Source of the DNA: Candidatus Latescibacterota bacterium
Lineage (GTDB): Bacteria; Latescibacterota; CBDEFO01
Reading direction: 5' to 3'
Assembly: GCA_965248755.1 (NCBI GenBank)
Contig: OZ252149.1
Location: 384,001 to 448,000 of the forward strand
DNA: 64,000 nt
The notes beneath the pieces were generated by a model. That model worked only from the letters and a program-made list of their open reading frames with translations, did not search any database and was not told where the DNA came from. The position numbers and the translations under genes are program-made. Position 1 is the first letter of the stretch; the number at the start of each line of letters is the position of its first letter. Below are positions 20,501 to 29,575 of the stretch, in pieces.

Positions 20501-21098
20501 AGTCCTTCTGGGACGTCCATACCACAACGATCCCGGAATAAATCACGAAATAATGGAGGAGTTCACAAAGCTCGGCTATCCTGTCTTCGCCGAGGACACA
20601 CTTCCCATAGACGACGATATCCTTTGGGAACTCTTCGGAGAAGAGGTTGAAAAGGGTATAATATCCCATCCCTTGGACATCGCCGACGCCTGGAAGAACT
20701 CCTACAGCGAGAACACGAGCCGCAAGGTCTGGGCGGCAAAATTTACAGCCAGACATCCCAACCTGGTCGCTTTAGAACTCTCCAGCTTCAAATGTGGACA
20801 CGACGCTCCTATCTACACAGTAGTAGAAGAGATCGTCGAAGACTCCGGAACGCCCTCTTTTTCGTTTAAGGACATCGATGAAAATAAACCCGCAGGATCT
20901 ATCAAGATCAGGGTTGAGACAATCGATTACTTCCTCAAGAGATACATGGAGGACATGGTCCGTGAAAACAAGAAGACGGCAAAGGTCGAGAATAGGCTGA
21001 AAGAGTTCGAAGACCGACTCAGACGGGAATTGACAGAAAAGGGAACCCTCGATGGAGTCGAGGTAACCCAAAAAGAGGAAGAACTCGTAACCGCATAG
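17589..21098 (+). CDS. CoA-substrate activase with two BadF/BadG/BcrA/BcrD ATPase domains plus DUF2229-like reductase domain (PlsA/Ger-like)
   Basis: DVGSTT..ELGGQD..NDKCAGGTG..CGVF; DGGSTS..DVGGQD..NTQCSAGNG..CAVF; CFFCKNKC; CFPSK, SFKCGHD. Confidence 0.88.
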   Translation: MSTENNIDSLLVGLDVGSTTVKFIVVHPDTDEILLKDYQRHDTRQPEKVMEFLTQIEDEFGLPTEKYRIFITGSGGNAVADYLGAKFVQEVNAVSLAVEKLHPEVGSVIELGGQDAKIIIFVEDPETGRKRKIPSMNDKCAGGTGAVIDKINAKLRIPPDELCDQGYFGIKLHPVAGKCGVFAETDVNSHQKSGVPRDEIMASLFEAIIGQNLSVLTRGNTLRPEVLLLGGPNTFIRGMTEAWKYNIPKVWEERNYPLPEGVDPQDLIKVPENAQYFAAIGAVEFGKGEEEEIGVYKGTADLEHYMNVGRLEEKQKAGGKGLAETPDELAAFMEKYKTKKFIPATFSPGQVVEGCIGIDGGSTSTKAVLLDKDRNVLVKSYQLSKGNPIEDTIEVVGKVREQVEEQGATLKIVGVGTTGYAKDVLKDAVAADVALVETVAHTEAALKFYDKVDVICDVGGQDIKIMILKNRQVKDFKLNTQCSAGNGYFLQGTAEGFGFTVEEFADIAFGAESMPMFGYGCAVFMQSDIVDFQRQGWKPEEIMAGLANVLPKNIWLYVSQIPNIAKLGTNFVLQGGTQYNLAAVKAQVDFIEARFKDQEEKARIIVHEHCGESGAIGSAIEAVRLWENGKETSFIGLDAVEAITYQTHRDENTRCFFCKNKCLRTFIDVKVSDEEVSDAGSKKSKIPIETGFKRLIVGNSCEKGLVEDIEDMRGIKEGLDEAKAQNPNLVELAAKEVWKSYKPEIVAEPIPKYAFTKKAKESVQKIKSRQEIRIGIPRLLNMYSMNPLFSAYFEAIGIPPRNLVYSDFTTQELYKEGAKRGSIDPCFPSKVAIPHVHNLLYVHHKKKPLEYIFFPMIDSIPTDLVNVQSSRACPTITATPEAVKAAFTKEGDLFKEMGIEYLDTFVTIDEPELFQKQMFEEFGPRFGLSKEENRRAVEEGYKALDHFNNVVQRGKGREVLDMLKAEDKLGIVLLGRPYHNDPGINHEIMEEFTKLGYPVFAEDTLPIDDDILWELFGEEVEKGIISHPLDIADAWKNSYSENTSRKVWAAKFTARHPNLVALELSSFKCGHDAPIYTVVEEIVEDSGTPSFSFKDIDENKPAGSIKIRVETIDYFLKRYMEDMVRENKKTAKVENRLKEFEDRLRRELTEKGTLDGVEVTQKEEELVTA

Positions 21099-21110
21099 TA
21101 TCTGTAGAAA

Positions 21111-21145
21111 AGATGCCGCTCAGGCTTTCAACTTGAGCGGCATCT
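21111..21145 (+). terminator. Stem-loop after the activase gene
   Basis: AGATGCCGCTCAGG-CTTTCAA-CTTGAGCGGCATCT; no U tract. Confidence 0.55.
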
Positions 21146-21161
21146 GATAAGGAGTAGAAGT

Positions 21162-21440
21162 ATGCTAGAATCTGAGAGGATCATGTTCGAAATCTACAAA
21201 GAGGGAGGGTATCACGAAAGAGGATACGACGTCGTCTATTACACGGAGTTAGACGATCACGATAAAGAAACAGAGATAAACAGAGCCATGGCCGGGGAAC
21301 ACTTCTACAACGGTTTTATCAAAGAGTTTAAAAAGGAAGAAGCCAAAAGGATAATAGAACGCATAATTGAAAGACTCAACAACGGTGAGGAAGTAGACCC
21401 TAAGGATGTTGATAGCGAATTAGCAGAATATATACCTTAG
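21162..21440 (+). CDS. Small acidic hypothetical protein
   Basis: AAGGAG RBS; 92 aa with VVYYTELDDH...EINRAMAGEHF. Confidence 0.8.
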   Translation: MLESERIMFEIYKEGGYHERGYDVVYYTELDDHDKETEINRAMAGEHFYNGFIKEFKKEEAKRIIERIIERLNNGEEVDPKDVDSELAEYIP

Positions 21441-21495
21441 ACCAAGTAGACAGGCGCCTTCCCCCTGTCTAGCAGACTAAAAAGGTGGTGCAACT

Positions 21496-21975
21496 ATGGA
21501 AAGCGTGGTCCTTTACGGAGGCTTAACAGTCCTTCTTACACTTTACGTGATCAATCTGAGAAGCGCCTCTAAGCTGAAAGAAGAGCTTGAATTTATAAAA
21601 GATTCTATAGATGGTGTTCGAAGGCACGTAAATGTCTCCAGCGAAGATATGAAGCAACAGATGGGCAGTATGATAAAAAAGGAGTTAAGAAAGCTCAACG
21701 GAGATGCCATATTTCACAAAGACATGACCGTCGCTGAAGCCTTACGGCTCCATACCAACGCAGAAGTAGTTATGTCCAACTTTCATCTGGGAGGATGCTC
21801 AAGCTGCAGCATTACTGAACAGCATGTTCTGGGCCCCGCGGCTGAAGGCTACGGAGTCGATATAGATGCCCTTTTGGAGGCACTGAACGGTCTTTTGGAC
21901 GGAAGCGAGACCCCGGAAGCTCAGAATCACCCGCAAAAGGATAGCGAACTGCTTGATATATCCTTAAAACAATAG
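21496..21975 (+). CDS. Membrane-anchored DUF1858-like (hybrid-cluster-associated redox) protein
   Basis: N-terminal TM helix; FHKDMTVAEAL...HLGGCSSC...YGVDIDALLEALN. Confidence 0.65.
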   Translation: MESVVLYGGLTVLLTLYVINLRSASKLKEELEFIKDSIDGVRRHVNVSSEDMKQQMGSMIKKELRKLNGDAIFHKDMTVAEALRLHTNAEVVMSNFHLGGCSSCSITEQHVLGPAAEGYGVDIDALLEALNGLLDGSETPEAQNHPQKDSELLDISLKQ

Positions 21976-21985
21976 GCAGTAAATA

Positions 21986-22048
21986 GTAGGCGCGAATACA
22001 TGTGTTCGCGCAACTCGAGGCAGACAGACGGCTCAGCCAGCCTCCTAC
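21986..22048. repeat. GTAGG...CCTAC REP-like element
   Basis: GTAGGCGCGAAT-ACAT-GTGTTCGCGC ... CCTCCTAC. Confidence 0.45.
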
Positions 22049-22056
22049 AAATTCCG

Positions 22057-22089
22057 TGCCGGAAGAAAGCTTGTTCTTTCGGCATTTTT
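22057..22089 (+). terminator. Rho-independent terminator
   Basis: TGCCGGAAGAA-AGCTTG-TTCTTTCGGCA-TTTTT. Confidence 0.65.
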
Positions 22090-22137
22090 CATTGTAACAT
22101 CTGACAAATAGAAGATCTCTTCTTTGGTACTCAGTTT

Positions 22138-22794
22138 ATGAATACAAAAGAAGTATTTGAAAAATATAGATTCATCGTAGGTCTTGTAGAACAGGAGTTT
22201 GACCGCAATCTTCGCATCTATCAGGACCAGATACTGTGTGGCAAAGGATGCTCATCCTGCTGCAGTCAGATGTTCAGGATCACGCTCATCGACGCAGCCC
22301 TGGTTTCGCGCTCTGTCAAAAGATTAGATACTTCTGCCCGCAACAAGATGCAAGAAAGAGCAACTATCTATCTGCGTGAAAAAAAAGACCTAATCCGTCA
22401 AAGAGCCGAAGAATCCGGCGCGCTTCTTGTAGACAACGGTGAAGAGATCTCATCGCTCGGACTCAGACTCCCCTGCCCAGCCCTTGTGAACGACGCCTGC
22501 TCCATCTACGAATCACGACCGCTAATATGCCGCAAGTACGGTATCCCCTTGTACGATCCGACTACCCCAGAACGACTCTACGCCTGCGAACTCAACTTTG
22601 AACCAGGACGGGAGATCCAAGACGACGAACTAATAGAAAGACAGACCGAAATATGGGAACACTGGATGGAGCTCAAGACAAGCGTCAACGAGGCTTTAAA
22701 TCCCGGGAACAAAGTGACGACCATCGCTGAGGCTATCCTATTCGACTACGATGAGATGCTAAAATTGAGTCTTTCCAAACCCAAGGAACTCTAA
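22138..22794 (+). CDS. YkgJ family cysteine cluster (CxxxCxxCC) Zn/Fe-S protein
   Basis: CGKGCSSCC...CPAL...CSIYESRPLICRKYG...C. Confidence 0.85.
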   Translation: MNTKEVFEKYRFIVGLVEQEFDRNLRIYQDQILCGKGCSSCCSQMFRITLIDAALVSRSVKRLDTSARNKMQERATIYLREKKDLIRQRAEESGALLVDNGEEISSLGLRLPCPALVNDACSIYESRPLICRKYGIPLYDPTTPERLYACELNFEPGREIQDDELIERQTEIWEHWMELKTSVNEALNPGNKVTTIAEAILFDYDEMLKLSLSKPKEL

Positions 22795-22807
22795 ACGGAG
22801 GAATGCT

Positions 22808-23455
22808 TTGGACATAGGGCAAGAGGATAAAATATCCCTTACAGAATATTTAGGCTGTATGCATGCCTTCGTAAATGTATTTATTATGGAACTCTACACG
22901 GTAAGAGACTTCGCCAAGCGACTTGAAAAGGTGGACAGAGCGAGCTCCTTCGGGTGGGAATCTACTCTTGACAGAGCGCGAAACAGAGCCCCCATAGTCC
23001 TCGACCGCTGGAAGCACTTCAACGACAGATTCCGGGACAAAATAACAGTAGACCAATATGAAGAAAAGCACTTCGGAGCCTACGTGCCGCTTTTCGAAGA
23101 ATACAAGCACACCTGCGACCGACTATACGCGATTTTGGAAAAGTTAAACAGATACGCTGACGAAATTGTAGAATTCAAGGCTGAAGAAGTTATCAGACTC
23201 GAAGGTTATATAGAGGAAATGATGGCTGCAATCAACCGAGAACAGAGAGCCTCTTCCTCTGTCGCCTCCACCTTAGAGAGGGGAACGCCGGACGATCTAA
23301 AACTTCAGGATCCATTTCAGGCTGAATTGATTCAGATCAATTCAGATCCAATTCAGAAAGAGACTGCAAAATACTTCAGGTTCTTTGTTGAATCCCGTGA
23401 TATCTTTCACAGAGACCTGAACCTTGGAGTAAGAGGCCAGCAATATAGTGGATAG
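22808..23455 (+). CDS. Hypothetical helical protein
   Basis: GGAGG RBS, 215-aa ORF in operon context; no family recognised. Confidence 0.7.
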   Translation: MDIGQEDKISLTEYLGCMHAFVNVFIMELYTVRDFAKRLEKVDRASSFGWESTLDRARNRAPIVLDRWKHFNDRFRDKITVDQYEEKHFGAYVPLFEEYKHTCDRLYAILEKLNRYADEIVEFKAEEVIRLEGYIEEMMAAINREQRASSSVASTLERGTPDDLKLQDPFQAELIQINSDPIQKETAKYFRFFVESRDIFHRDLNLGVRGQQYSG

Positions 23456-23807
23456 ATCACATAGAAAAAAGGGTGTCTTCCGGTGGCTTTCTGAGTTCGC
23501 GCTTGACAAAGATGTAAGTGACGCTGTAAAAGCGCAGAAAAAAGTGGGCGAATCCTACCCAGAATTTTCCGAGGGACACTACAACCTGGGTATTCTCCAC
23601 TACAGCCAGGGCAAAGTTCAGGAGGCCATAGAGTCCTACAAGAAAGCTATTCAAATTGATCCCAAAAATGCCAAAGCTCACAAGAACCTCGGTGAAATCT
23701 ACGCCATCCAGGAACAATACAACCTGGCCTGGAAGCACGCCGAGATAGCCGAAAGTCTTGGAAATTCAAAACTGATGGATATGCTAAGAAGATACTTAAG
23801 GCAGTAG
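23448..23807 (+). CDS. Tetratricopeptide repeat protein
   Basis: HYNLGILHYSQGKVQEAIESYKKAIQIDP; AHKNLGEIY. Confidence 0.85.
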   Translation: MDRSHRKKGVFRWLSEFALDKDVSDAVKAQKKVGESYPEFSEGHYNLGILHYSQGKVQEAIESYKKAIQIDPKNAKAHKNLGEIYAIQEQYNLAWKHAEIAESLGNSKLMDMLRRYLRQ

Positions 23808-23889
23808 ACAGGCCTCATCTTGATCTATCGGGAAAGCGTAGAGCCTTTAGCCCACAGCAAAGCAAAGGGTCTGCGAAGCAATCTATTCC

Positions 23890-23927
23890 CGTAACCTGTC
23901 TACTTATTCGTAACCTGTCTACTTATT
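23890..23927. repeat. 2 x 19-bp tandem duplication
   Basis: CGTAACCTGTCTACTTATT twice. Confidence 0.85.
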
Positions 23928-23949
23928 CGGAGATAGATTTGCTCAGATT

Positions 23950-24260
23950 CGGGATGTTCAAACTTTCGGACATCTCTTATCCGTCCTCTTCTGGTAAGGA
24001 CGAACCATCTTCCTCTTTGCCGGATCACACCGACCTCAAAGAACATCACATCCAATCCTCAGAATGACCGCGCACTTCATGACATTACACAACGCTTCAT
24101 AAGATTCGGATGGATAGCCATATAGATACTCATATGTACAGGACCATTCAGCGCCTCAATTCGAGGAATAGTAGCTACCTGTCACTACAACCCGACATGT
24201 CTGTATCTTTTGGCCCTCAAAACCAATATCGTAGTCATGCTTATAATCGGCCATACCCTT
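23950..24260 (-). pseudogene. Possible highly degenerate IS200/IS605 TnpA remnant
   Basis: Minus-strand fragments MADYKHDYDIGF, IEALNGPVHMSIYMAIHP and GKEE/MVRPYQKRTDKR weakly resemble TnpA segments in the right order. Confidence 0.3.
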
Positions 24261-24363
24261 CATTCGTCCTACCTTGGAAGATCGTTTTAAATTCTTTATG
24301 AGCAAGATCTGGAACGTCCACTATCCTGCTTCTGGCTCTTATGCTCGGATCGTCCTGAAATTA

Positions 24364-24389
24364 GCAGGGGCAGACCCACGGGTCTGCCC
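24364..24389 (+). repeat. REP-like hairpin (second copy at 28194-28219)
   Basis: GCAGGGGCAGACCC-AC-GGGTCTGCCC; near-identical GCAGGGGCAGACCCGCGTGTCTGCCC at 28194. Confidence 0.7.
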
Positions 24390-24498
24390 TGAAGATAGGG
24401 ATAATCGGGCGAACCACTTCCCCGATTGAATCTAGCAGGGATGGCATGTCCCCCCATCTCCTCGCTACTACAACACCAGTTCACGCCCACAAATGTCT

Positions 24499-25890
24499 TT
24501 AAAATAAGCTCCACTGAGCTTGGAAGTTTAGCACTTCCTCAGTTTCGATCTCTCCCATTTCATTTAGGGAATGCAAGAACCTCGCATCCACCAAAACGCC
24601 CAGCCCGTCAACAATGTCGAAGCCTATCAGGTACCCGAAGAGCGTATCGGGAGTCCTGTCGAAGAACCTGGCCTCATTCGTATCTATATTATACTTCTCG
24701 TAATAGACCTCCGCTCTATTGAGCCTCGGAACCTGCACTAACATCTCAGGCAGGACATATGCCCTTGCCAAAAGCCTCTGATCGGAGGCGTCTCCTTTTC
24801 CCATCAAGTTCTGATAAGTTATAGACACGCTAAAAATATCAAAAAAGTCCGATCTTACCTTTCCAAACACACCGTCCAGATCCGCATTTCGGAGTGAATC
24901 CTCCTTCGTAAACACACTATCCGATCCTGCAATTATCCTTGCCCTTTCGACCTCATAGAGACTGTTAAAATACTCAGGTTCAAATCTGTTCTCAATGTGC
25001 CGGTATTCCACCTTTGCAAGCAGGGGACCGGCCTTCAACCTGATCCCCGGTGCCCCCCAACCCCATCCTATAGTATCTATAGTATCTATTTTAGTATCTA
25101 TAGTATCTCGATTTTCATCCACATCGTCCACGTTTCGCGCATACTGACCGTAGACTGACAAATTCAGATTTTTGCGCTGAACTAAAGGATAACCTAAGTC
25201 TATCCCCCACATCCCGAAAGCATCTGCAGAGAGAGTATCCGCTGGGAAAGATCCGTCTGAGAGACCCAATCCACCGTATTGATTTATGTCCATAACAAAC
25301 GTAAAGCCCACCTCTAAATCCCCAATTGACGGCTTGGCCGCCACACGACCTCCCAGGAGACTCCCCTTTCTGTCGAAATCCTGAAAATCGTTCAACACAA
25401 ACTGGAATCCGAACCCGGAACTTGAGATTTCTCTCAACTCCAATTGGATTCCCGTCTTCTTCACGCCTGGATACCTCAAGGTGTTCCTGTAACCCTCCAT
25501 TATGAACCCATATCCTAAAGACACGTCTTCCAGTGCGCCCAGTCTTATGTGAACCCTCTCGCCCGGATCGCCGTATCTGATGTAATATATCTTTCTCAGA
25601 ACGCTGTTGATCGATTTCGACCCTGATTCAAAGTCCCACGACTTATCTGAAAAATCCCCGTCGCTATCCATAAAGAGTTCCACATCGAGTCCTATCCCAA
25701 ACTTCTTGTAAGAAAACTCCGGTCTTAGGTTAAACCTGAACCACTGCTCGTCGTCCACTGCCACACTCCCAAGCGATATACCCGCCTCCGTTTTCCCTCT
25801 ATCCAGAGGCTGACACATACCCTTTAAGCTCCAAAGGAAGACGCTCATTATCACTAATATGCTCTTGAAGATGAACCCTGTTTTAGTCAA
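24499..25890 (-). CDS. Hypothetical exported, probable outer-membrane beta-barrel protein (start approximate)
   Basis: Signal-like N-terminus, alternating beta-strand pattern, C-terminal Phe; internal DTIDTKIDTIDTI microrepeat. Confidence 0.65.
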   Translation of the reverse strand: MTKTGFIFKSILVIMSVFLWSLKGMCQPLDRGKTEAGISLGSVAVDDEQWFRFNLRPEFSYKKFGIGLDVELFMDSDGDFSDKSWDFESGSKSINSVLRKIYYIRYGDPGERVHIRLGALEDVSLGYGFIMEGYRNTLRYPGVKKTGIQLELREISSSGFGFQFVLNDFQDFDRKGSLLGGRVAAKPSIGDLEVGFTFVMDINQYGGLGLSDGSFPADTLSADAFGMWGIDLGYPLVQRKNLNLSVYGQYARNVDDVDENRDTIDTKIDTIDTIGWGWGAPGIRLKAGPLLAKVEYRHIENRFEPEYFNSLYEVERARIIAGSDSVFTKEDSLRNADLDGVFGKVRSDFFDIFSVSITYQNLMGKGDASDQRLLARAYVLPEMLVQVPRLNRAEVYYEKYNIDTNEARFFDRTPDTLFGYLIGFDIVDGLGVLVDARFLHSLNEMGEIETEEVLNFQAQWSLF

Positions 25891-27283
25891 CACTTTCAAC
25901 CTCCCAGTCGGGCATATCAGTCTCCTGCCTGTGAGTTTCCAATTCCCGGAACGCCGCATATTTATCCACCCATGAGAGCATCACTGTCCCTGTGGGACCG
26001 TTCCTCTGCTTGCGGATAATAATCTCCGCCACGCCTTCTTCTATCGGATTCCCCTCTTCATCCTTCTCGTCATACATCGACGGGTGATAGACGAACATCA
26101 CCACATCTGCGTCCTGCTCGATAGCGCCGCTTTCTCTTAAATCCGACAGCTGCGGTCTCCTGTCCCCCCCCCTCAGCTCCACCGCCCGTGAAAGCTGTGA
26201 TATAGCTATTACAGGAATGCGCAGCTCTTTTGCCATAGACTTTAAAGACCTGGATATATAAGAAATCTCCTGCTGCCTGTTCTCGGATCTCATGTGAAAT
26301 GACATTAACTGGAGATAATCCACTATGACTAAACCGACACTGTGCTCAGATAGTAACCTCCGTGTCTTTGCCTTCATCTCTAAGACATTGATCGAAGGAG
26401 TATCATCTATATAAAGAGGAGCCTCGGCAAGCTTACCCACATTTCTAGCCAAGCGATTCCATTCATCATCCCTCAATCCCCCCATCCTCAGCTTTTGTGA
26501 ATCTACACTCGCCTCGGCACACATAAGCCTTTGAGCCAACTGGCTCCCGGACATCTCAAGGCTGAATATCCCGACACCTACTTGCCTGTCCACAGCTACA
26601 TTTCGAGCCACACAGAGCCCGAGGGCGGTCTTACCCATAGAGGGGCGGCCCGCTACAATAATAAGATCTCCCCTTTGAAACCCAGCCGTCATATCGTCAA
26701 GCTCACGGTAGCCTGACCGCAATCCCGGCAGATAATCTGTCCTTTTATGCGCCTTCTCAAGCTCATCGAACTCCTCGTGGAGAATTTTTTCTATTACTGT
26801 GAATCCTGTACGCAGATTCATCAGTTGCTCCGATAGACTGAATATCCTCTCCTCAGCCGTGTCGATCAATTCGCGCACATCCCCCACATCCTCATAAGAC
26901 TCACTGGTTATCTGAGTCGAAAAGGTTATAAGCTTTCTTAATAAAGCTTTGTTTAAAACGATCTTAGCGTGATATTCAACGTTGGCTGAAGTCGCCACAT
27001 CTCCCGCCAGTGTCGCGAGATAATACGCTCCTCCTACCTCCTCAAGCTGACCCCTTCTTCTCAACTCCTCGGAGACCGTGATCTGATCTGCCTCTTCATC
27101 CCTTTCAAAGAGAGATACCAGCGTAGAATATATCTTCCTGTGAGCGTCCCTGTAGAAGGAGTCTTCATGCAGAATCTCAATAACCTTCGCAATCGCCCCT
27201 TTATCGATCAGCATCGCCCCCAACACCGCCGTCTCTACATCCACAGCCTGAGGCATTACCCTTTCATATGAAACTTCAGCCAT
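25883..27283 (-). CDS. dnaB: Replicative DNA helicase
   Basis: AGRPSMGKT, FSLEM, VDYLQL, SQLSR, SDLRESGAIEQDAD, KQRNGPTG. Confidence 0.97.
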   Translation of the reverse strand: MAEVSYERVMPQAVDVETAVLGAMLIDKGAIAKVIEILHEDSFYRDAHRKIYSTLVSLFERDEEADQITVSEELRRRGQLEEVGGAYYLATLAGDVATSANVEYHAKIVLNKALLRKLITFSTQITSESYEDVGDVRELIDTAEERIFSLSEQLMNLRTGFTVIEKILHEEFDELEKAHKRTDYLPGLRSGYRELDDMTAGFQRGDLIIVAGRPSMGKTALGLCVARNVAVDRQVGVGIFSLEMSGSQLAQRLMCAEASVDSQKLRMGGLRDDEWNRLARNVGKLAEAPLYIDDTPSINVLEMKAKTRRLLSEHSVGLVIVDYLQLMSFHMRSENRQQEISYISRSLKSMAKELRIPVIAISQLSRAVELRGGDRRPQLSDLRESGAIEQDADVVMFVYHPSMYDEKDEEGNPIEEGVAEIIIRKQRNGPTGTVMLSWVDKYAAFRELETHRQETDMPDWEVESVD

Positions 27284-27415
27284 ACTGTCCTTCCTGATCT
27301 TTGCAAGGCTTGGTTTAACATTATATAGGTTTTATGTACATCTGCAGAACTAAGGCTTCTCGAAACCGAGACGATAATTTCTCTCTCGCTTGGAGAACAT
27401 ATGCTCAATCCTGAT

Positions 27416-27490
27416 CCCCGATAGATTCAATCGGGGACTCAAGGGAGGAGGCAGTGCCCCTGTCTACTGTCTACTGTTTTCTGTCTACTT
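27416..27490. repeat. Dispersed palindrome + heptamer repeat element
   Basis: CCCCGATAGATTCAATCGGGG followed by CTGTCTA CTGTCTA CTG... Related copies near 24420, 28306, 33806, 35101, 51718 and 60563. Confidence 0.75.
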
Positions 27491-27492
27491 TC

Positions 27493-28176
27493 TTATAGCT
27501 CCACTCCGTCGTATTCCCTCCTTAACATCTTCATATCCTCCCACGTGGGTTTTTTCCACTGAGGGTTCCTCAGAAGCGCAGCAGGATGATAGGTCACAAT
27601 CACCTTCGCTCCTTTGTAATGGTGCATTTTACCCCTTAAAGCCGTAAGACTCGTAGAAGTGCTCAAAAGGGCCTGAGCAGCTATCCTCCCCAAAGCACAG
27701 ATTACGTTAGGCTGGATGATCTCTATCTGTCTGTCCAAGTAGGACCTGCACATCTCTATCTCGCCCGTCTGGGGATCTCTATTGTTCGGAGGTCGGCACT
27801 TCAACATATTAGCTATATATACATCTTCCCTTTTCAACTTAAGCGATTCGATTATCTTCGTTAAAAGCTGTCCTGCCCTCCCCACGAACGGCTCGCCCTG
27901 CAAATCCTCATTCCTCCCCGGTGCTTCCCCGATAAACAGAATATCCGCCTCTGGATTCCCGACACCGAAGACAAAATTAGTCCTTGTCGCCCCCAACCTG
28001 CACTCTTGGCAGTCCTTGATCTCTAAGTAAAAATCGTGCAACAGCTTCTTTCTGGACACCGGGTCGCTCCAAATCTTTTCTTTGAAGACAAACTCGTCCT
28101 CGCCCATTTCGATCTTCTGACCTATGAATCTCTTGGCCAAGTTCAAAACACCGTAAGTTTCTTTCCTTGCATCCAT
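27493..28176 (-). CDS. udg: Uracil-DNA glycosylase family 4
   Basis: [35 protein letters not shown]. The ORF extension to 28323 is repeat DNA. Confidence 0.93.
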   Translation of the reverse strand: MDARKETYGVLNLAKRFIGQKIEMGEDEFVFKEKIWSDPVSRKKLLHDFYLEIKDCQECRLGATRTNFVFGVGNPEADILFIGEAPGRNEDLQGEPFVGRAGQLLTKIIESLKLKREDVYIANMLKCRPPNNRDPQTGEIEMCRSYLDRQIEIIQPNVICALGRIAAQALLSTSTSLTALRGKMHHYKGAKVIVTYHPAALLRNPQWKKPTWEDMKMLRREYDGVEL

Positions 28177-28342
28177 ACAGTTCACTCTATACAGCAGGGG
28201 CAGACCCGCGTGTCTGCCCTCAAAATTTGAGCGAACCCCCTCATGGCTTATTGCAACTTCTCCCCCTCCGCTGCCGTGTGGGTTCGCCGCGACATGCCTT
28301 TCCCTGCCCCCGATTGAATCCATCAGGGGCCTGCCTTTCTGT

Positions 28343-29563
28343 CTATTTGTTTAGGAGCTTTACAACCCTGTCTAAAACCACTTCTGCCACATTCAGTTTG
28401 CTCATCTTGGGAAGCGATTCTACGCTACCATCTGTGGAGATTATAGTTACCACATTAGTATCAGTCCCGAAACCTGCGCCCTCTACCAATACGTTGTTAG
28501 CCACTGCTATATCCCAATTCTTGTCCTCGAGCTTCCTTTTTGTCCTCTCAACCTCGTCTTCGGTCTCCATAGAAAAACCCACCAGAATCCTTTTCCCTTT
28601 ATTCTTTCCCAGGCTTTTGGCGATGTCCTCAGTCTGTTCCAATTCAAGTGTCATATTCCCTTTGTCTTTTTTCAACTTTCCCTTTGATCTCACCTTAGCG
28701 CGAAAATCGGACACAGCAGAAGCCATAAGCACCACATCTGAGGACTCAAACTCCGTCTCCATCTTATCCTTCATCTGTCTTACAGATCTGATACTTTCGA
28801 CTCTTGCGCCCAAAGGCGGGGTCAAATTCGATGGCCCGCTTATCAAACAGACATCAGCTCCCCTTTCTAACGCCCTTTTGGCTAAAGCGTAGCCCATCTT
28901 TCCCGTAGACTTGTTCGTTATGAACCTTACAGGATCTATGTCCTCCTCGGTTCTCCCCGCAGTCACCAAAACCTTTTTCCCCACTAGTTCCTCAGATTTT
29001 TGCAAGGCCTGTGCTACAGTATCCACTATAATATCTACCTCTGCCAGTCTCCCTTCGCCCATCTTTCCGGAGGCTAGAAAGCCCTCGCCTGTCTGTATGA
29101 ACCTGTAGCCTAAATCCTCCAATTTCTGTACATTTGCCTGTACGATAGGATTTATCAGCATGTTCGTCTCCATAGCTGGGGCAAACACAACCGGGGCCGC
29201 TGTAGCCATAACTACACAGGAAAGAAGATCGTCAGCTATCCCGCCTGCCACCTTTCCTATGATATTCGCAGTGGCAGGAGCTATCAGCAGCAGATCAGCC
29301 CAATCTGCCAAAGATATGTGCACCGTATCCATTATCCTGCCTTCCCTTGGGAAAAGATCAGACTCCACCTTGTTTTCCGAAAGGGTCTCAAACGTGGCGC
29401 CCCCCACAAACTCCTGGGCCGTTCGGGTCATAATCACTGTCACACTTGTGCCAGATTCTTTCAGGACTCTTAATACCTCCACAGCCTTATATGCGGCGAT
29501 TCCACCCGTCACGCCTAAGATTATGCGTCTTCCCTTTAGACTTTCCCTGTTCATGCTGCTCAT
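28343..29563 (-). CDS. coaBC: Phosphopantothenoylcysteine decarboxylase/synthase
   Basis: GVTGGIAAYK, APATAN, PAM, TAGRTEEDIDPVRFITNKSTGKMG. Confidence 0.96.
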   Translation of the reverse strand: MSSMNRESLKGRRIILGVTGGIAAYKAVEVLRVLKESGTSVTVIMTRTAQEFVGGATFETLSENKVESDLFPREGRIMDTVHISLADWADLLLIAPATANIIGKVAGGIADDLLSCVVMATAAPVVFAPAMETNMLINPIVQANVQKLEDLGYRFIQTGEGFLASGKMGEGRLAEVDIIVDTVAQALQKSEELVGKKVLVTAGRTEEDIDPVRFITNKSTGKMGYALAKRALERGADVCLISGPSNLTPPLGARVESIRSVRQMKDKMETEFESSDVVLMASAVSDFRAKVRSKGKLKKDKGNMTLELEQTEDIAKSLGKNKGKRILVGFSMETEDEVERTKRKLEDKNWDIAVANNVLVEGAGFGTDTNVVTIISTDGSVESLPKMSKLNVAEVVLDRVVKLLNK

Positions 29564-29575
29564 CCTAAGAACAAT

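Noticed and set aside
28177..28323. 49-aa N-terminal extension of UDG
   Set aside because: Made of REP and palindrome DNA; a downstream ATG at 28176 gives a normal protein.
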